Shown: positions 32,681-43,282, numbered from the stretch's first letter. The stretch is 64,000 nt of DNA from an uncultured Acidobacteriota bacterium (GCA_963770895.1 CAVYRF010000002.1:4224001-4288000); one strand, 5' to 3'. Made by a program: numbers and translations. Notes: a model not told the origin generated them from the sequence alone.

Positions 32681-34192
32681 ATGCCTATGCCCGCTGACAG
32701 CACCTCATCCGCGGCGCCGGGTTCCGGCCAGGCGGCGCCCTTGCAAGCTGCCGCGCCGCCGTTGCCGCTGCGGCCGGAAAACCACGCGTCGATTCTCGAA
32801 GAGATCGGCGAGCGCGCCGATACGGTGTGGACCCACGCCGCCGCGGGGCGCTCCGGCAACGGATTCCACGAGCCGCTGACGATCACCGGCCGCGACCAGC
32901 TCAAGGGCAGCCACGGCCGGATCGCCATCGTGGACGGGTGCCGCACGCCGTTCATCAAGTCCGGCACGCTGTTCCAGGACATGGACGTGGTGGACCTGGC
33001 GGGCGCCGCCACCGCCGAGCTGATCGAGCGCACGGCGGTCGATCCGGCCGAGATCGGGCTTTCGGTGTTCGGCGTGGTGGTGCCGGCGCTGCATGCGCCC
33101 AACCTCGGACGCGAGGTGGTGTTTCGCTCGTCGTTGCCGATGAGCGTGCCGGGGGTCACCGTCAACCTCGCGTGCGCATCTTCGACCCGCGCCATCACCT
33201 TCGTCGCCGAAGCGATGCTAACCGGCGAATGCGAGGTGGCGCTGGCCGGCGGCGCGGAGTCGTTGAGCAACGTGCCGATCCAGTTTTCGCGCCGCGCCTC
33301 GCGTGCCTTCATGGAGCTGAGCAAGGCGCGCACGGTCAGCCAGCGGCTGGCGGTGCTGAGCAAGCTGCGGCCCAAGGACCTGGCGCCGGTGGCGCCGGCG
33401 ATCGCCGAATACACCACCGGCCAGAGCATGGGCGAATCGGCGGAAAAGATGGCGAAGGAAAACGACATCTCCCGCCGGGCCCAGGACGAGATCGCCCTGA
33501 TGTCGCACCAGCGCGCCGCGGCCGCGGCGGCCGACGGGCGCCTGGCCGCCCAGATCGCGCCGGCGTTTCCGCCGCCGCGCTACGACAAGGCGGCGAACCA
33601 CGACAACGGCGTGCGCGCCGATACTTCGTTTGAGGCCCTGGCCAAGCTGAAGCCGGTGTTCGACCGCCGCTACGGCACGCTCACCGCCGGCAACTCGAGC
33701 CCGCTGACCGACGGCGGCTCGGCGGTGCTGATGATGACGGAAGAGCGGGCCAAGGCGCTGGGCTACCAGCCGCTCGGCTACCTGCGCTCCTATGCGTACG
33801 CGGCGGTCAACCCGCGCGAGCAGCTGCTGCAGGGGCCGGCCTACGCCGCGCCGGCAGCCCTGGACGCCGCCGGCCTCAAGCTGCAGGACATCGACCTGGT
33901 GGAAATGCACGAGGCGTTTGCGGCGCAGATCGTCTCCAACATGAAGGCGTTCGCGTCGGCCAAGTTCGCGCGCGAGGAGCTGGGGCGCAGCGCCGCGATG
34001 GGGCAGATCGACCTGGACCGCTTCAACGTCACCGGCGGCTCCATCTCCATCGGCCATCCCTTTGGCGCCACCGGCGCCCGCGTCGTCATGCAGCTCCTCT
34101 ACGAGCTGCGCCGGCGCGGCCAGAACCTGGGCCTGCTGACCGTCTGCGCCGCCGGCGGCGTCGGCCTGGCCATGGTCGTCGAGCGCGACTGA
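32681..34192 (+). CDS. fadI: Acetyl-CoA C-acyltransferase (FadI-type thiolase)
   Basis: GCRTPF, NLACAS (catalytic Cys), MHEAFAAQ, GHPFGATG and CAAGG. Confidence 0.85.
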   Translation: MPMPADSTSSAAPGSGQAAPLQAAAPPLPLRPENHASILEEIGERADTVWTHAAAGRSGNGFHEPLTITGRDQLKGSHGRIAIVDGCRTPFIKSGTLFQDMDVVDLAGAATAELIERTAVDPAEIGLSVFGVVVPALHAPNLGREVVFRSSLPMSVPGVTVNLACASSTRAITFVAEAMLTGECEVALAGGAESLSNVPIQFSRRASRAFMELSKARTVSQRLAVLSKLRPKDLAPVAPAIAEYTTGQSMGESAEKMAKENDISRRAQDEIALMSHQRAAAAAADGRLAAQIAPAFPPPRYDKAANHDNGVRADTSFEALAKLKPVFDRRYGTLTAGNSSPLTDGGSAVLMMTEERAKALGYQPLGYLRSYAYAAVNPREQLLQGPAYAAPAALDAAGLKLQDIDLVEMHEAFAAQIVSNMKAFASAKFAREELGRSAAMGQIDLDRFNVTGGSISIGHPFGATGARVVMQLLYELRRRGQNLGLLTVCAAGGVGLAMVVERD

Positions 34193-34198
34193 CCCCCG

Positions 34199-35185
34199 TC
34201 AGCGCGCGCCGGCGGGGGGTGCGCCGGGTTTGGGCGCCGGGGTGGCGGCGGCGGTCGGGGCTTCGGTGAAGCGGGTGTCGTCGATGGGCGGATTGTTTTC
34301 GATCTGGGTGAAGACGATGTGGTTTTTCTGGTTGCTGCCCTGCATCCACGACGCGATCTTGAATGCGTACTGGACGCCGCCGACGTCGCGATAGTCGCTG
34401 TAGCTCGATTCGAAGACGACCAGCTTGTGATTGATCGTGCGCGCGCCTTCCCAATGGATGGGCAGGAACGTCGTGGCGTCGATGTCGTAATAGAACACGT
34501 CGCCGTTGAGCAGGATGATCTTGACGCGGTAGGCGGTGGCGCCGTCGACCGTCTCCTTGGCGAGCAGGTCGGCGTGGCCCTTGACGTCGGTATCGATCAA
34601 CGCGCCGGCGAAGTCGAAATCGGATTCGTTGTGGATGTTGTGCAGGTCGTCGGCGGTCAACGGCTCCGCATTCTTGGACATGGGCTGCATCTGCCAGCCG
34701 TGCAGACCGTCGTAGGCGCGGATCAGCTTGGACCCCGGCAGGTCGATCTCCATCCGCATGCTGCGCGGCCGTTTGTGCTCGACGATGAACGGCCAGGTGG
34801 TCCCCGCTTCGAGCGAGATGCTGCCGGTTTCGCGCCGCGTCTGCACCGCGTGCAGCTTTTGGATGCCGCCGCGCGCCTGCACCGATTTTGCCAGGATGTC
34901 GCGGATGCTCATGCCGTCGAGCTTGGCCACAGGCCTGACGGCCGGCGCGGGCGCCGCCGCTTGCGGCTGGCCGGCGCCGGGCTGGCCCGCGGCCGGCGGC
35001 GCCGTGGGAGCCTGCGCCGCCGCGGGCGGCGCTGCCGCGCCTTGGATGGCGCCGGCGGGTGCGGCGCAGGCCACAAGGACCGACACGCCCACCGCCGCGG
35101 CGGCCGCACAGCGCAAAGCCGTTGCTTGAACCTGGCGAGTGGCGGCGCGGTAGCGCGGCCACGGATTCCCGTTCGTTCTGGTCAC
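34199..35185 (-). CDS. Exported protein, LolA-like/outer-membrane lipoprotein-sorting family
   Basis: ILAKSVQARGG, AYDGLHGW, YYDIDATTFLP and YSDYRDVGG..AF pattern; GTG start with AGGAG RBS. Confidence 0.65.
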   Translation of the reverse strand: MTRTNGNPWPRYRAATRQVQATALRCAAAAAVGVSVLVACAAPAGAIQGAAAPPAAAQAPTAPPAAGQPGAGQPQAAAPAPAVRPVAKLDGMSIRDILAKSVQARGGIQKLHAVQTRRETGSISLEAGTTWPFIVEHKRPRSMRMEIDLPGSKLIRAYDGLHGWQMQPMSKNAEPLTADDLHNIHNESDFDFAGALIDTDVKGHADLLAKETVDGATAYRVKIILLNGDVFYYDIDATTFLPIHWEGARTINHKLVVFESSYSDYRDVGGVQYAFKIASWMQGSNQKNHIVFTQIENNPPIDDTRFTEAPTAAATPAPKPGAPPAGAR

Positions 35186-35350
35186 AGGGTCTCTCCTAGA
35201 ATCCGACCATATCCAAATTGATCCGACGTTGGGGTTGCCTCACCGATCACCGATCGGAAGTCTAACATCGGAGGTTCGCAAGGTGCGGTGCGGCCGCTGC
35301 CCGCGCGCGGCGAGGCAAGAACCCGCGAAGAAACCTGGTCTAGCGGGGCA

Positions 35351-36400
35351 CTAACGCGCGGCGACGACGATGGCGTCGAAGCCTGATGCGGAAAGATCGC
35401 GGCGCACCGCTTCGGCCTGATCGCGCTCGCCGAAGATGCCGATTTGCACGCGGTTCCAGGTTCCGTCCGAGGTGACCGCCACGGCGGGGTAGCGCGCGGC
35501 AAGGCTCTGCTGGAGAGCGGTAGCGCGTTCGATCTGGCCGAAGGCGCCCACCTGCACGGTGAAGTGCATACCCGCGGTAAATCCGCCAGCGCCCCGCTCG
35601 CCGCCGCTCCGGCTGGCTGCGCCGGCCGCAGCCGCCGCGATCCGGCCAGGAGCCGGGCGATCGACGGGTTCCAGGGTTTCCATGGGGTCGGCGGTCTGGC
35701 CGGCTTGGGTGTCCAGGGGCTCTGCCATGGGCGCCGCGTCGCCGCGTTGCGGCGTTTGCCCGGCCGTCGCGGGCTGGGCAGGGTCGCGCCAGCCGTCGCG
35801 GGCGTCGCCGCCCGCGGCCGGGGAGGTGGCTGGTTGCGCCGTGCTCAGCGCGGCGATGCGCCCGGCCGCGCCTGCCGGTGCCGCGATCGATGCGGTCGCG
35901 GCGGGCGGCGGCGCAGGCTCAGCGGCGGCGACCAGGAAGGGGCCGGGCTGCGGGGGCGGCATGTCGTAGCGGCTGACCAGGGCGAGCTCGACTTCGCCGG
36001 TGCCGGTGCCCACGATGTCCAGCTGGCGGGCGGCGGCGTAGGAGAGGTCGATGATGCGGCGGCGGCCGAACGGGCCGCGATCGTTGATCCGCACCACGAC
36101 CTGGCGGCCGTTGCGCCGGTTGGTGACCTGCACGAGCGTGCCGAAGGGGAGCGTCGGGTGCGCCGCGGTCAGCGCGTGCATGTCGTAGCGCTCGCCGCTG
36201 GCGGTGCGACGGCCGTTGAATTTGGGTCCGTACCAGGAGGCCATGCCGCTGGCGATGACGGGGCCGGCGGCGGTGCTCCCCGGCGTGGCCGGATGGTGGT
36301 TGCCCGAACAGGCTGCCGACACCAGCGCCGCCGAGGCGAGCAGCGCGGCAAGGCCGGCGCGGCTGCGGCAGGGGGCGGCGCGGCGCCACCGCCGGGACAT
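35351..36400 (-). CDS. rlpA: Septal ring lytic transglycosylase RlpA with SPOR domain
   Basis: Lipobox VSAAC, GMASWYG..TASGE..TAAHPTLPFGT..INDRGPF..IIDLS, and SPOR segment VQVGAF. Start uncertain (36400 or 36556). Confidence 0.9.
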   Translation of the reverse strand: MSRRWRRAAPCRSRAGLAALLASAALVSAACSGNHHPATPGSTAAGPVIASGMASWYGPKFNGRRTASGERYDMHALTAAHPTLPFGTLVQVTNRRNGRQVVVRINDRGPFGRRRIIDLSYAAARQLDIVGTGTGEVELALVSRYDMPPPQPGPFLVAAAEPAPPPAATASIAAPAGAAGRIAALSTAQPATSPAAGGDARDGWRDPAQPATAGQTPQRGDAAPMAEPLDTQAGQTADPMETLEPVDRPAPGRIAAAAAGAASRSGGERGAGGFTAGMHFTVQVGAFGQIERATALQQSLAARYPAVAVTSDGTWNRVQIGIFGERDQAEAVRRDLSASGFDAIVVAAR

Positions 36401-36687
36401 CAGCCGCGGATCGGGATCGGCGCTGGCAGCGCGATTGCAGGTGCGATTGTCGTCGTTGGGGTGGTGGAGAGAGCGGTCTGGTGCGCCGGAAGGTGGCGGG
36501 AGCGGGAGCCAGCTTGCGCAGGCTGCGGCAAAGTCGGAAGGGTGGTTTTGCTCCATCGCTTCACACCGGCGTCTGCCCCGGGGTTTGCACCCTCGGCAGG
36601 CTCACGCACTTCGCTTGTTCTTGCGCTGACGCGCCAGAAGACCGCGCCATGGTAGCACGGCCCGGCTTTCAGCTCTACATCAGAACA

Positions 36688-38112
36688 TCAGATGCGCGGT
36701 TCGTATCCGGCGACGATCGCGGCGCCTTCCAGCGCCGGCTCGACTTCGTCGGCCAGAAACTCGTCGACCTGCTGCGCGGCGCGGCCGGTGAAGGCGACCG
36801 GATCCAGGCATCCTTCGGCGTCGGCGAGGTCCAGGTGGAAATCGGGGTCGGCGGCGATGCGGCCGATCAGCGGGTTGTCTTCGCCGCGCGCCACCGCCGC
36901 CTGGGCTTCGAAGCTGTAGACGCGGATGCGCTCGTGCAGCTGCTGGCGGTCGCCGCCGCGCAGCGCCGCCTGCATGAGCAGCGTTTCGGTCGCCATGAAC
37001 GGCAGCTCGCGGGCGACGCGCGCCTGTACCGCGTCCTGCCGCACCACCAGGCCGCCGGCGATGTGCCCGGCCAGGCCCAGCACGGCGTCGGCGGCGAGGA
37101 ACGAATCGGCCAGCACCAGGCGCCGGTTCGCCGAGTCGTCCAGGCTGCGCTCCAGCCACTGCGTGGCGGCGTTGAGCGGCCCGTTCAGGCTGTCGGTGAT
37201 GATGCGCCGCGCCAGCGCGCACATGCGCTCGGACCGCACCGGATTGCGCTTGTAGGCCATGGCGGAGGAGCCGACCTGGTCTTCGTCAAACGGTTCGGCC
37301 AGCTCGCCCATCCCTTGCAACAGCCGCACGTCGGTGCCCAGCTTGTGGCAGCTTTCGGCGATGCCGGCCAGGGCGCTCAGCACCTGGCTGTCCTGCTTGC
37401 GCGGGTAGGTCTGGCCGGTGACCGGGAAGGTCGCGGCGAAGCCCAGCCGCACGGCGAGCCGGCGGTCCAGCTCGCGCACCTTGGCCGAGTCGCCTCCGAA
37501 CAGCGTCAGAAAGCTGGCCTGGGTGCCGGTCGTCCCCTTGACGCCGCGGCAGCGCAGCGTCGCCAGGCGGTGCCGCACTTCGGCCAGGTCGATCATCAGG
37601 TCCTGCAGCCACAGGCAGGCGCGTTTGCCGACCGTCGTCAGCTGTGCCGGTTGCAGGTGCGTGTAGGCCAAGGTCGGCAGGGCGCGCGTGCGGCGGGCGA
37701 AGGCGGCGAGCGCGGCGGCGGCGGCGGCGAGGCGGCCGGCGAGCAGCTGCAACGCTTCGCGGATCAGCAGCACGTCGGCGTTGTCGGTGATGTAGGCGCT
37801 GGTGGCGCCCAGGTGGAGGATGCCGCCGGCCTCGCCGGCCTGTTCCGCGAAGTGGCGCAGGTGGGCCATCACGTCGTGGCGAGTGCGGCGCTCGATTTCG
37901 GCGACGCGCCCGAGGTCGATCACGGGCGCCGCCCGCCGCAAGCTTTCGATCTGCTCGGCGGAGATCGGCAGTCCCAGGTCGCGCTCGGTTTCAGCCAGCG
38001 CGATCCACAGCTGGCGCCACAGGCGAAAACGGTTCTCGGCCGCGAACAGCCGGGCCATCTCGGGTGAGGCGTAGCGCTCGTATAGCGGGTTTTGCGGCGT
38101 GTCGGCGGCCAT
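36688..38112 (-). CDS. purB: Adenylosuccinate lyase
   Basis: RHDVMAH, HLGATS, YTHLQPAQ, GSSAMAYKRNP and LERSLDDSANRR. Confidence 0.95.
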   Translation of the reverse strand: MAADTPQNPLYERYASPEMARLFAAENRFRLWRQLWIALAETERDLGLPISAEQIESLRRAAPVIDLGRVAEIERRTRHDVMAHLRHFAEQAGEAGGILHLGATSAYITDNADVLLIREALQLLAGRLAAAAAALAAFARRTRALPTLAYTHLQPAQLTTVGKRACLWLQDLMIDLAEVRHRLATLRCRGVKGTTGTQASFLTLFGGDSAKVRELDRRLAVRLGFAATFPVTGQTYPRKQDSQVLSALAGIAESCHKLGTDVRLLQGMGELAEPFDEDQVGSSAMAYKRNPVRSERMCALARRIITDSLNGPLNAATQWLERSLDDSANRRLVLADSFLAADAVLGLAGHIAGGLVVRQDAVQARVARELPFMATETLLMQAALRGGDRQQLHERIRVYSFEAQAAVARGEDNPLIGRIAADPDFHLDLADAEGCLDPVAFTGRAAQQVDEFLADEVEPALEGAAIVAGYEPRI

Positions 38113-38155
38113 GAGTGGAGCTTAGTTTACAACAGCCGGCCGGTGCCTCCGGACG

Positions 38156-39370
38156 TCAGGGCGTGAACACCACGGGGGTGCCGGGCCGCACCAGGCTCGC
38201 CACCGTCAGGGCGTCCCAGTTGGTGAGCCTCACGCAACCGTGGGAAAAGCCGGTGCCGATGGAGGCGGGGTTCGGCGTGCCGTGGATGCCATAATGATCC
38301 TTCGACAGGTCGATCCACACGACGCCGACGGGATTGTTGGGTCCGGCGGCGAGCGTCGCCTTGGAGTCGGCGGGATTGCCATTCCAAAACAGCGCCGGAT
38401 CGTAGTGGAACACCGGGTTGCGCACCACGCTGCGTACCTTCCAGGTGCCCAGCGGCAGCGGGTCGTGCTCGCTGCCCGCCGACACCGGCGCGAAGAACAG
38501 CGGCCGGCCGCCGCTGGTGACGGTCAGCTCCTTCTGCGACTTGGAAACCGTGATCTGCAAGTCGGCGGCTGTCACCTTGGTGGCGCCGCCCCAGGCGACC
38601 AGGCGGATGTTCGGTACGCGGATGGTCTCGCCGGCGGCAAAGCTGGCATTGGGGTTGAGCTGGCGCAGGAGCTTTTCGCCGCAGTGGAACCGTTCGCCCA
38701 GCATCTCCATGAGCGACGCGTAGCCCAGCGCCGGCAGGCTGGCCTGCTCTTCGAGCTTGGGCGGAATCTGGTAGAACGGCCCGGCGGCGTCCGCCGGGGT
38801 GATCGTGTACATCGCGACCGGGCCGCCGCCGCTTGCCGACAGCAGGGTGTCCCAGGTCGCGCGATCGATCTCGCTGGTCACCGGCAGCGCATGAGTCTGC
38901 TGGAACGCCGCCACCGCCTTGCGCGAGTTCTCACCCCAGCTGCCGTCGATCACCCCCGGCGAATAGCCGATCCGATCCAGCAGGATCTGCGGATCGGCCG
39001 GCGGCGGCGGAAACGGCGCCGCGTCGACCACGCCGGGAGCGCCGGCTGACCCTGCGGCCCCGGAGGCCCCGGAGATTGACGGCGCCGCGCCCGGATTGAC
39101 GGCTCCCGAAGGCGCGGGCGGCGCGCCGGCCGGCTGGCCCTGCGCCTGCGGCGCCAGGGGACCGGCGGGCGGCTGCGCCGGCGGCGGTGCGGCCGGTGCG
39201 GGTGCCGGCGCAGCGGGCGGTGCCTGCCGGCCTGCCTGTGCCGCGCGCGCCGCCTGCGCCGGTGGCGCCGCCGGCGAGAAACCAGGGCGCACGGCCGCCT
39301 CGCCGTGGCGAGAGGCCAAGCTGAACAGGATCGGTACGACAGCGATCGCAAGCAGACGGCGGCTGGGCAT
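38156..39370 (-). CDS. L,D-transpeptidase with peptidoglycan-binding domain
   Basis: PG-binding segment (SPGVIDG..AVAAFQ), GPNNPVG and YGIHGT..SHGCVRL (YkuD motif). Confidence 0.9.
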   Translation of the reverse strand: MPSRRLLAIAVVPILFSLASRHGEAAVRPGFSPAAPPAQAARAAQAGRQAPPAAPAPAPAAPPPAQPPAGPLAPQAQGQPAGAPPAPSGAVNPGAAPSISGASGAAGSAGAPGVVDAAPFPPPPADPQILLDRIGYSPGVIDGSWGENSRKAVAAFQQTHALPVTSEIDRATWDTLLSASGGGPVAMYTITPADAAGPFYQIPPKLEEQASLPALGYASLMEMLGERFHCGEKLLRQLNPNASFAAGETIRVPNIRLVAWGGATKVTAADLQITVSKSQKELTVTSGGRPLFFAPVSAGSEHDPLPLGTWKVRSVVRNPVFHYDPALFWNGNPADSKATLAAGPNNPVGVVWIDLSKDHYGIHGTPNPASIGTGFSHGCVRLTNWDALTVASLVRPGTPVVFTP

Positions 39371-39573
39371 TCGAGAGTCTCCCTCACGGACCTTCGACAT
39401 AGCGACCTACAAGAAGCGTGCCGTCGCCGGCGGGCCGCCGCTCCGGCAAGCCGCCGCCAGCCGCCAGGCCCTGGGAGTGCCGGGCGGCGCAATGCGCAAT
39501 GCGCGATCTGCTATATTCGCCTCCCGAGACAGGGTGGCGTTTCGGTACTCTCCCACTCCCTGAAAGAAAGACG

Positions 39574-40857
39574 ATGGCTACGCGAGTCGATTCTGAGATC
39601 GGGCGCCTGCGGCGCGTCCTCGTGCACCGGCCGGCGCGCGAGATCGACTGGATGGTGCCGTCGATGATGGAGCGCCTGCTGTTCGACGACATCCTGGACG
39701 GCAACGAGGCGCGCGAAGAGCACGCGATGTTCTGCGAAGTCCTGCGCCAGGCGGGCGCCCAGGTGCTGGACGCCCAGGACCTGCTGGCGCAGGTGCTGGA
39801 AGACCAGGCGGTGGCGGGCGCGCTGATCGACGAGCTGGAACGGGAATACGCCGCGCCCACCGCGGTGGTGCGGCAGCTGGCACAGCTGGCGCCGGCCCAC
39901 CTGGCGGCGACGCTGATCGAAGGCATCCGCCTGCCGCCCAATGCCGCCGACGGCGGGCGGCGCCAGTTCTTTTCGCTCAACCCGGTGCCCAACTATTTCT
40001 TCCAGCGCGATCCGCAGGTGGTGCTGGGCAACCGGCTGGTGGTTTCGTCGATGGCCACCGACGCGCGCGAGCGCGAGCCGCTCTTGGCGCAGACGCTCTT
40101 TGCCCACCACCCCTCGCTGGCCGACCTGGCTGCGACCTTCGAGATCGAGGTGCCGCCGTCGGGCGCGCCGCAGCACGATCCCAGCTTCCCCTATCCGACG
40201 CTCGAAGGCGGCGACGTGCTGGTGGTCAGCCCCGAGATCGTGCTGGTGGGGCTGAGCGAGCGCACCAACCGGCGCGGCGTGGAGACTCTTGCCGAATATC
40301 TGCGGCTGGAAGAGACCTCGTTCCGCCACATGATCGTCGTCGAGCTGCCGCACCGCCGGTCGTATATGCACCTGGACACGGTGTTCACCTTGATCGATCG
40401 CGATCTGTGCCTGGCGCACCTGCCGGTGGTCGAGCCCGGCGGTCCGGACTCGGCGCACGTCTATTCGGTCGATCTGTCCGCGCGCGAGCTGACCTTCACG
40501 CTGCGCTCCGGCCTGCTGCGGACGCTGGGCGACTTCGGCATCAAGCTGGACGTGGTGGCGTGCGGCGGCGCCCACGAAGCGATCGATCAGCAGCGCGAGC
40601 AGTGGACCGACGGCGCCAACGCCTTCGCCATGGCGCCGGGCCTGGTGCTGCTGTACGAGCGCAACCGCAAGACCATCGCCGAGCTGGGACGCCACGGTTT
40701 CCGCATCCTGCGCGGCGAAGACGTGGCCGCCGGCCGCCACGACCTGGCGAGCGGCGGCCGGGCGGTGGTGACGCTGTGGAGCAACGAGCTGTCGCGCGCC
40801 CGCGGCGGCCCGCGCTGCATGACGATGCCGCTCGAACGCGAGCGCGTCGACGCATGA
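39574..40857 (+). CDS. arcA: Arginine deiminase
   Basis: DSEIGRLRRVLVHRP, FQRD, LEGGD, MHLDTVF and ELSRARGGPRCMTMP. Confidence 0.92.
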   Translation: MATRVDSEIGRLRRVLVHRPAREIDWMVPSMMERLLFDDILDGNEAREEHAMFCEVLRQAGAQVLDAQDLLAQVLEDQAVAGALIDELEREYAAPTAVVRQLAQLAPAHLAATLIEGIRLPPNAADGGRRQFFSLNPVPNYFFQRDPQVVLGNRLVVSSMATDAREREPLLAQTLFAHHPSLADLAATFEIEVPPSGAPQHDPSFPYPTLEGGDVLVVSPEIVLVGLSERTNRRGVETLAEYLRLEETSFRHMIVVELPHRRSYMHLDTVFTLIDRDLCLAHLPVVEPGGPDSAHVYSVDLSARELTFTLRSGLLRTLGDFGIKLDVVACGGAHEAIDQQREQWTDGANAFAMAPGLVLLYERNRKTIAELGRHGFRILRGEDVAAGRHDLASGGRAVVTLWSNELSRARGGPRCMTMPLERERVDA

Positions 40858-40966
40858 GGCGCGGCCGCGTCCGGCGCCGGCCCCCTGGGCTGGGCGGCGC
40901 GGCTGAACAAAACCTTTTCTTTGCGTGTGCCGGTGCCTCCTGCGGAGCATCGGCCAAGGAGGCTTG

Positions 40967-41896
40967 ATGGTCCGTCACTTCATCTCGATCCATGAGCTTG
41001 ACGCGGCCGAAGTGGCCGGGCTGTTCCGGCTTGCCGCCGAAGTGAAGGCGGAGCCGCGGCGCTTCGGCGGCGCCCTCGCCGCCAAAAGCCTGGGGATGAT
41101 CTTCGAGAAGTCCTCCACCCGCACGCGGGTCAGCTTCGAAGTGGGCATGGTGCAGCTGGGCGGTCACGCCCTGTTCCTGTCCAGCCGCGACATCCAGCTG
41201 GGCCGCGGCGAGCCGATCGGCGACACGGCGCAGGTGCTGTCGCGCTACGTCGACGGCATCATGGCGCGCACCTTCGCCCACCAGACGGTGCTCGACCTGG
41301 CGCGCTACGGGTCGGTGCCGGTGATCAACGGCCTGACCGACGACCTGCACCCCTGCCAGGCGATGACCGACTACTTCACGCTGGGCGAGGTGTTCGGCGG
41401 CGACCTCAAGGGGCGCAAGATCGCCTACGTCGGCGACGGCAACAACATGGCCCATTCGCTGCTCTTCGGCGCCCCCAAGGTGGGCATGGACATCGCCGTC
41501 GCCTCTCCTGCGGGCTACACCGTCAAGCCGCACTATGTCGAGCTGGCGCGCGCCGACGCCGCGGCCGCCGGCACCCGGATCGAGATCACCGACGACCCGC
41601 GCGCCGCGGTCGCCGGCGCCTCCTGCGTCTACACCGACGTCTGGGCCTCGATGGGGCAGGAGGGCGAAGCGGCGGAGCGCCTGCGCGCCTTCCACGGCTT
41701 CCAGGTCGACGCCGCGCTGATGGCCGCCGCCCGCCCCGACGCGGTGTTCCTGCACTGCCTGCCTGCCCACCGCGGCGAAGAGGTAGCCGCGGAGGTTGCC
41801 GACGGGCCGCAGAGCCGCATCTTCGACGAAGCCGAAAACCGCCTGCACGTGCAAAAAGCCATCCTGCTGTGGCTGATGGCAGGCGTTGCGATCTGA
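40967..41896 (+). CDS. argF: Ornithine carbamoyltransferase
   Basis: STRTR, HPCQ, DVWASMG, FLHCLP and AENRLH. Confidence 0.95.
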   Translation: MVRHFISIHELDAAEVAGLFRLAAEVKAEPRRFGGALAAKSLGMIFEKSSTRTRVSFEVGMVQLGGHALFLSSRDIQLGRGEPIGDTAQVLSRYVDGIMARTFAHQTVLDLARYGSVPVINGLTDDLHPCQAMTDYFTLGEVFGGDLKGRKIAYVGDGNNMAHSLLFGAPKVGMDIAVASPAGYTVKPHYVELARADAAAAGTRIEITDDPRAAVAGASCVYTDVWASMGQEGEAAERLRAFHGFQVDAALMAAARPDAVFLHCLPAHRGEEVAAEVADGPQSRIFDEAENRLHVQKAILLWLMAGVAI

Positions 41897-42185
41897 CGCG
41901 CACCGACGCAATTTGACGGACGCGCACGGTGTGCCCGGCTGTCCGGGCGTGCCGGCCCACGCCTGGAGAAGATTTCTCACTGGCGGTCCGCTGGAGCCGA
42001 AGAACTCGGAAAGGATGTTGCCAAAGCCAAATCCGTATGCAAGCACCCTGATGAGAGGAGCAATCTTCTCTGTGGTCCCGTCGCGCGGAAACGTCGACCA
42101 GAATGCCCCCAGCTCGGACCAGGCGAGGTGCTCGCCGATGTGCTCGCCGTGGGAGTTGACGCCCCAGTGTTCACATAGGCCACTA

Positions 42186-42202
42186 GTTCACAATTTGTGA
42201 AC
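42186..42202. promoter_or_regulatory. Perfect 8-1-8 palindrome GTTCACAA-T-TTGTGAAC, candidate autoregulatory operator of the AbiEi-type gene
   Basis: Exact inverted repeat 21 nt upstream of ATG 42224, next to a TAGAAT -10-like hexamer. An extra GTTCACA half-site lies near 42168. Confidence 0.7.
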
Positions 42203-42223
42203 GCCGATATAGAATGAACGGCA

Positions 42224-43282
42224 ATGCAAGGCGAAAAACAAGCACGGGAACAAGAGCTCCTTCGCGCAGTGACGGAGGCGGCTGGGCATCACGGATTACG
42301 CCTGGAACTCCGCGGCCACAGCCCCCGGTTGCCGGAAGGACAAGCCGAGGGCCTGGTGCGCCTACATCATCCTGCGGGGGTGGCCGACCTGGTTACAGAG
42401 GTCAAAACGCAGCTGACCGCCGCCGCCCTGGGACCGGTCTTGGCCAAGATGCGCCGCTACGGCCGGCCGGCGCTCCTGGTCACGGACTACGTCAACCCGA
42501 AGCTGGCCGAGCGGCTCCGCGAGCAGGAGGTGTTCTTCCTGGACGGCGCGGGCAATGCGTTCGTGCGCGATCGCGGCCTCTACGTCTTTGTGACGGGACG
42601 GCGCAACGAGCTGGAGCGGCAGCGGTTTCAACAGCGCGTGCGCGCGTTCCGGCCCAGCGGCTTGAAGCTCATCTTCGCGTTGCTCAGCAGGCCCGAGATG
42701 GTGGGGGCGGACTACCGGACGCTGGCGCAGGCAACGGGGGTGGCTCTCGGGACGGTGCAGTGGGTGATGCGAGACCTTACCGCGGCATCCTTCGTGCGGC
42801 GGGTGGATCGGACCCGCCGCGTGCTGGTGCGCCCGGCGGAACTGCTCGAATCCTGGGCGCAGGGGTATGCGCAGGATCTTCGCCCCCGTCTGCTGTTGGG
42901 CCGGTTCGCCACCGCCGACGTCGGCTGGTGGAAGCAGACCGACCCCCGCAAGTACGGCTGTCTGTGGGGCGGCGAACCCGCGGGCGCCCGGCTGACCGGC
43001 TTCCTGAAACCGGGGACGCTGACCCTGTATGCGGATGCGGTTCCGGCAAAGCTGCTGATCCACCAGCGCTTCAAAAGAGCGGAGGACGGCCAGGTCGAGG
43101 TGCTGAAGAAGTTCTGGCGCTTCGCCGATGCTGGGGAGGAGCGCGGTATGGTGCCGGCCGTCCTCGCCTACGCCGATCTGCTGGCCGTCGGCGACAGCCG
43201 CACCGTGGAGGCCGCGAACCGCCTGTTCGCGGGACAGATCGATGGACCTTTCCGCTCATACCTCGCTCGCGCCGCTGGCTGA
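42224..43282 (+). CDS. Type IV TA AbiEi-family antitoxin (AbiEi_2-like)
   Basis: LVTDYVNPKLAERLRE..FLDGAGNAF, HTH YRTLAQATGVALGTV, WGGEPAG and LAYADLL..GDSRTVEAA. Confidence 0.8.
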   Translation: MQGEKQAREQELLRAVTEAAGHHGLRLELRGHSPRLPEGQAEGLVRLHHPAGVADLVTEVKTQLTAAALGPVLAKMRRYGRPALLVTDYVNPKLAERLREQEVFFLDGAGNAFVRDRGLYVFVTGRRNELERQRFQQRVRAFRPSGLKLIFALLSRPEMVGADYRTLAQATGVALGTVQWVMRDLTAASFVRRVDRTRRVLVRPAELLESWAQGYAQDLRPRLLLGRFATADVGWWKQTDPRKYGCLWGGEPAGARLTGFLKPGTLTLYADAVPAKLLIHQRFKRAEDGQVEVLKKFWRFADAGEERGMVPAVLAYADLLAVGDSRTVEAANRLFAGQIDGPFRSYLARAAG

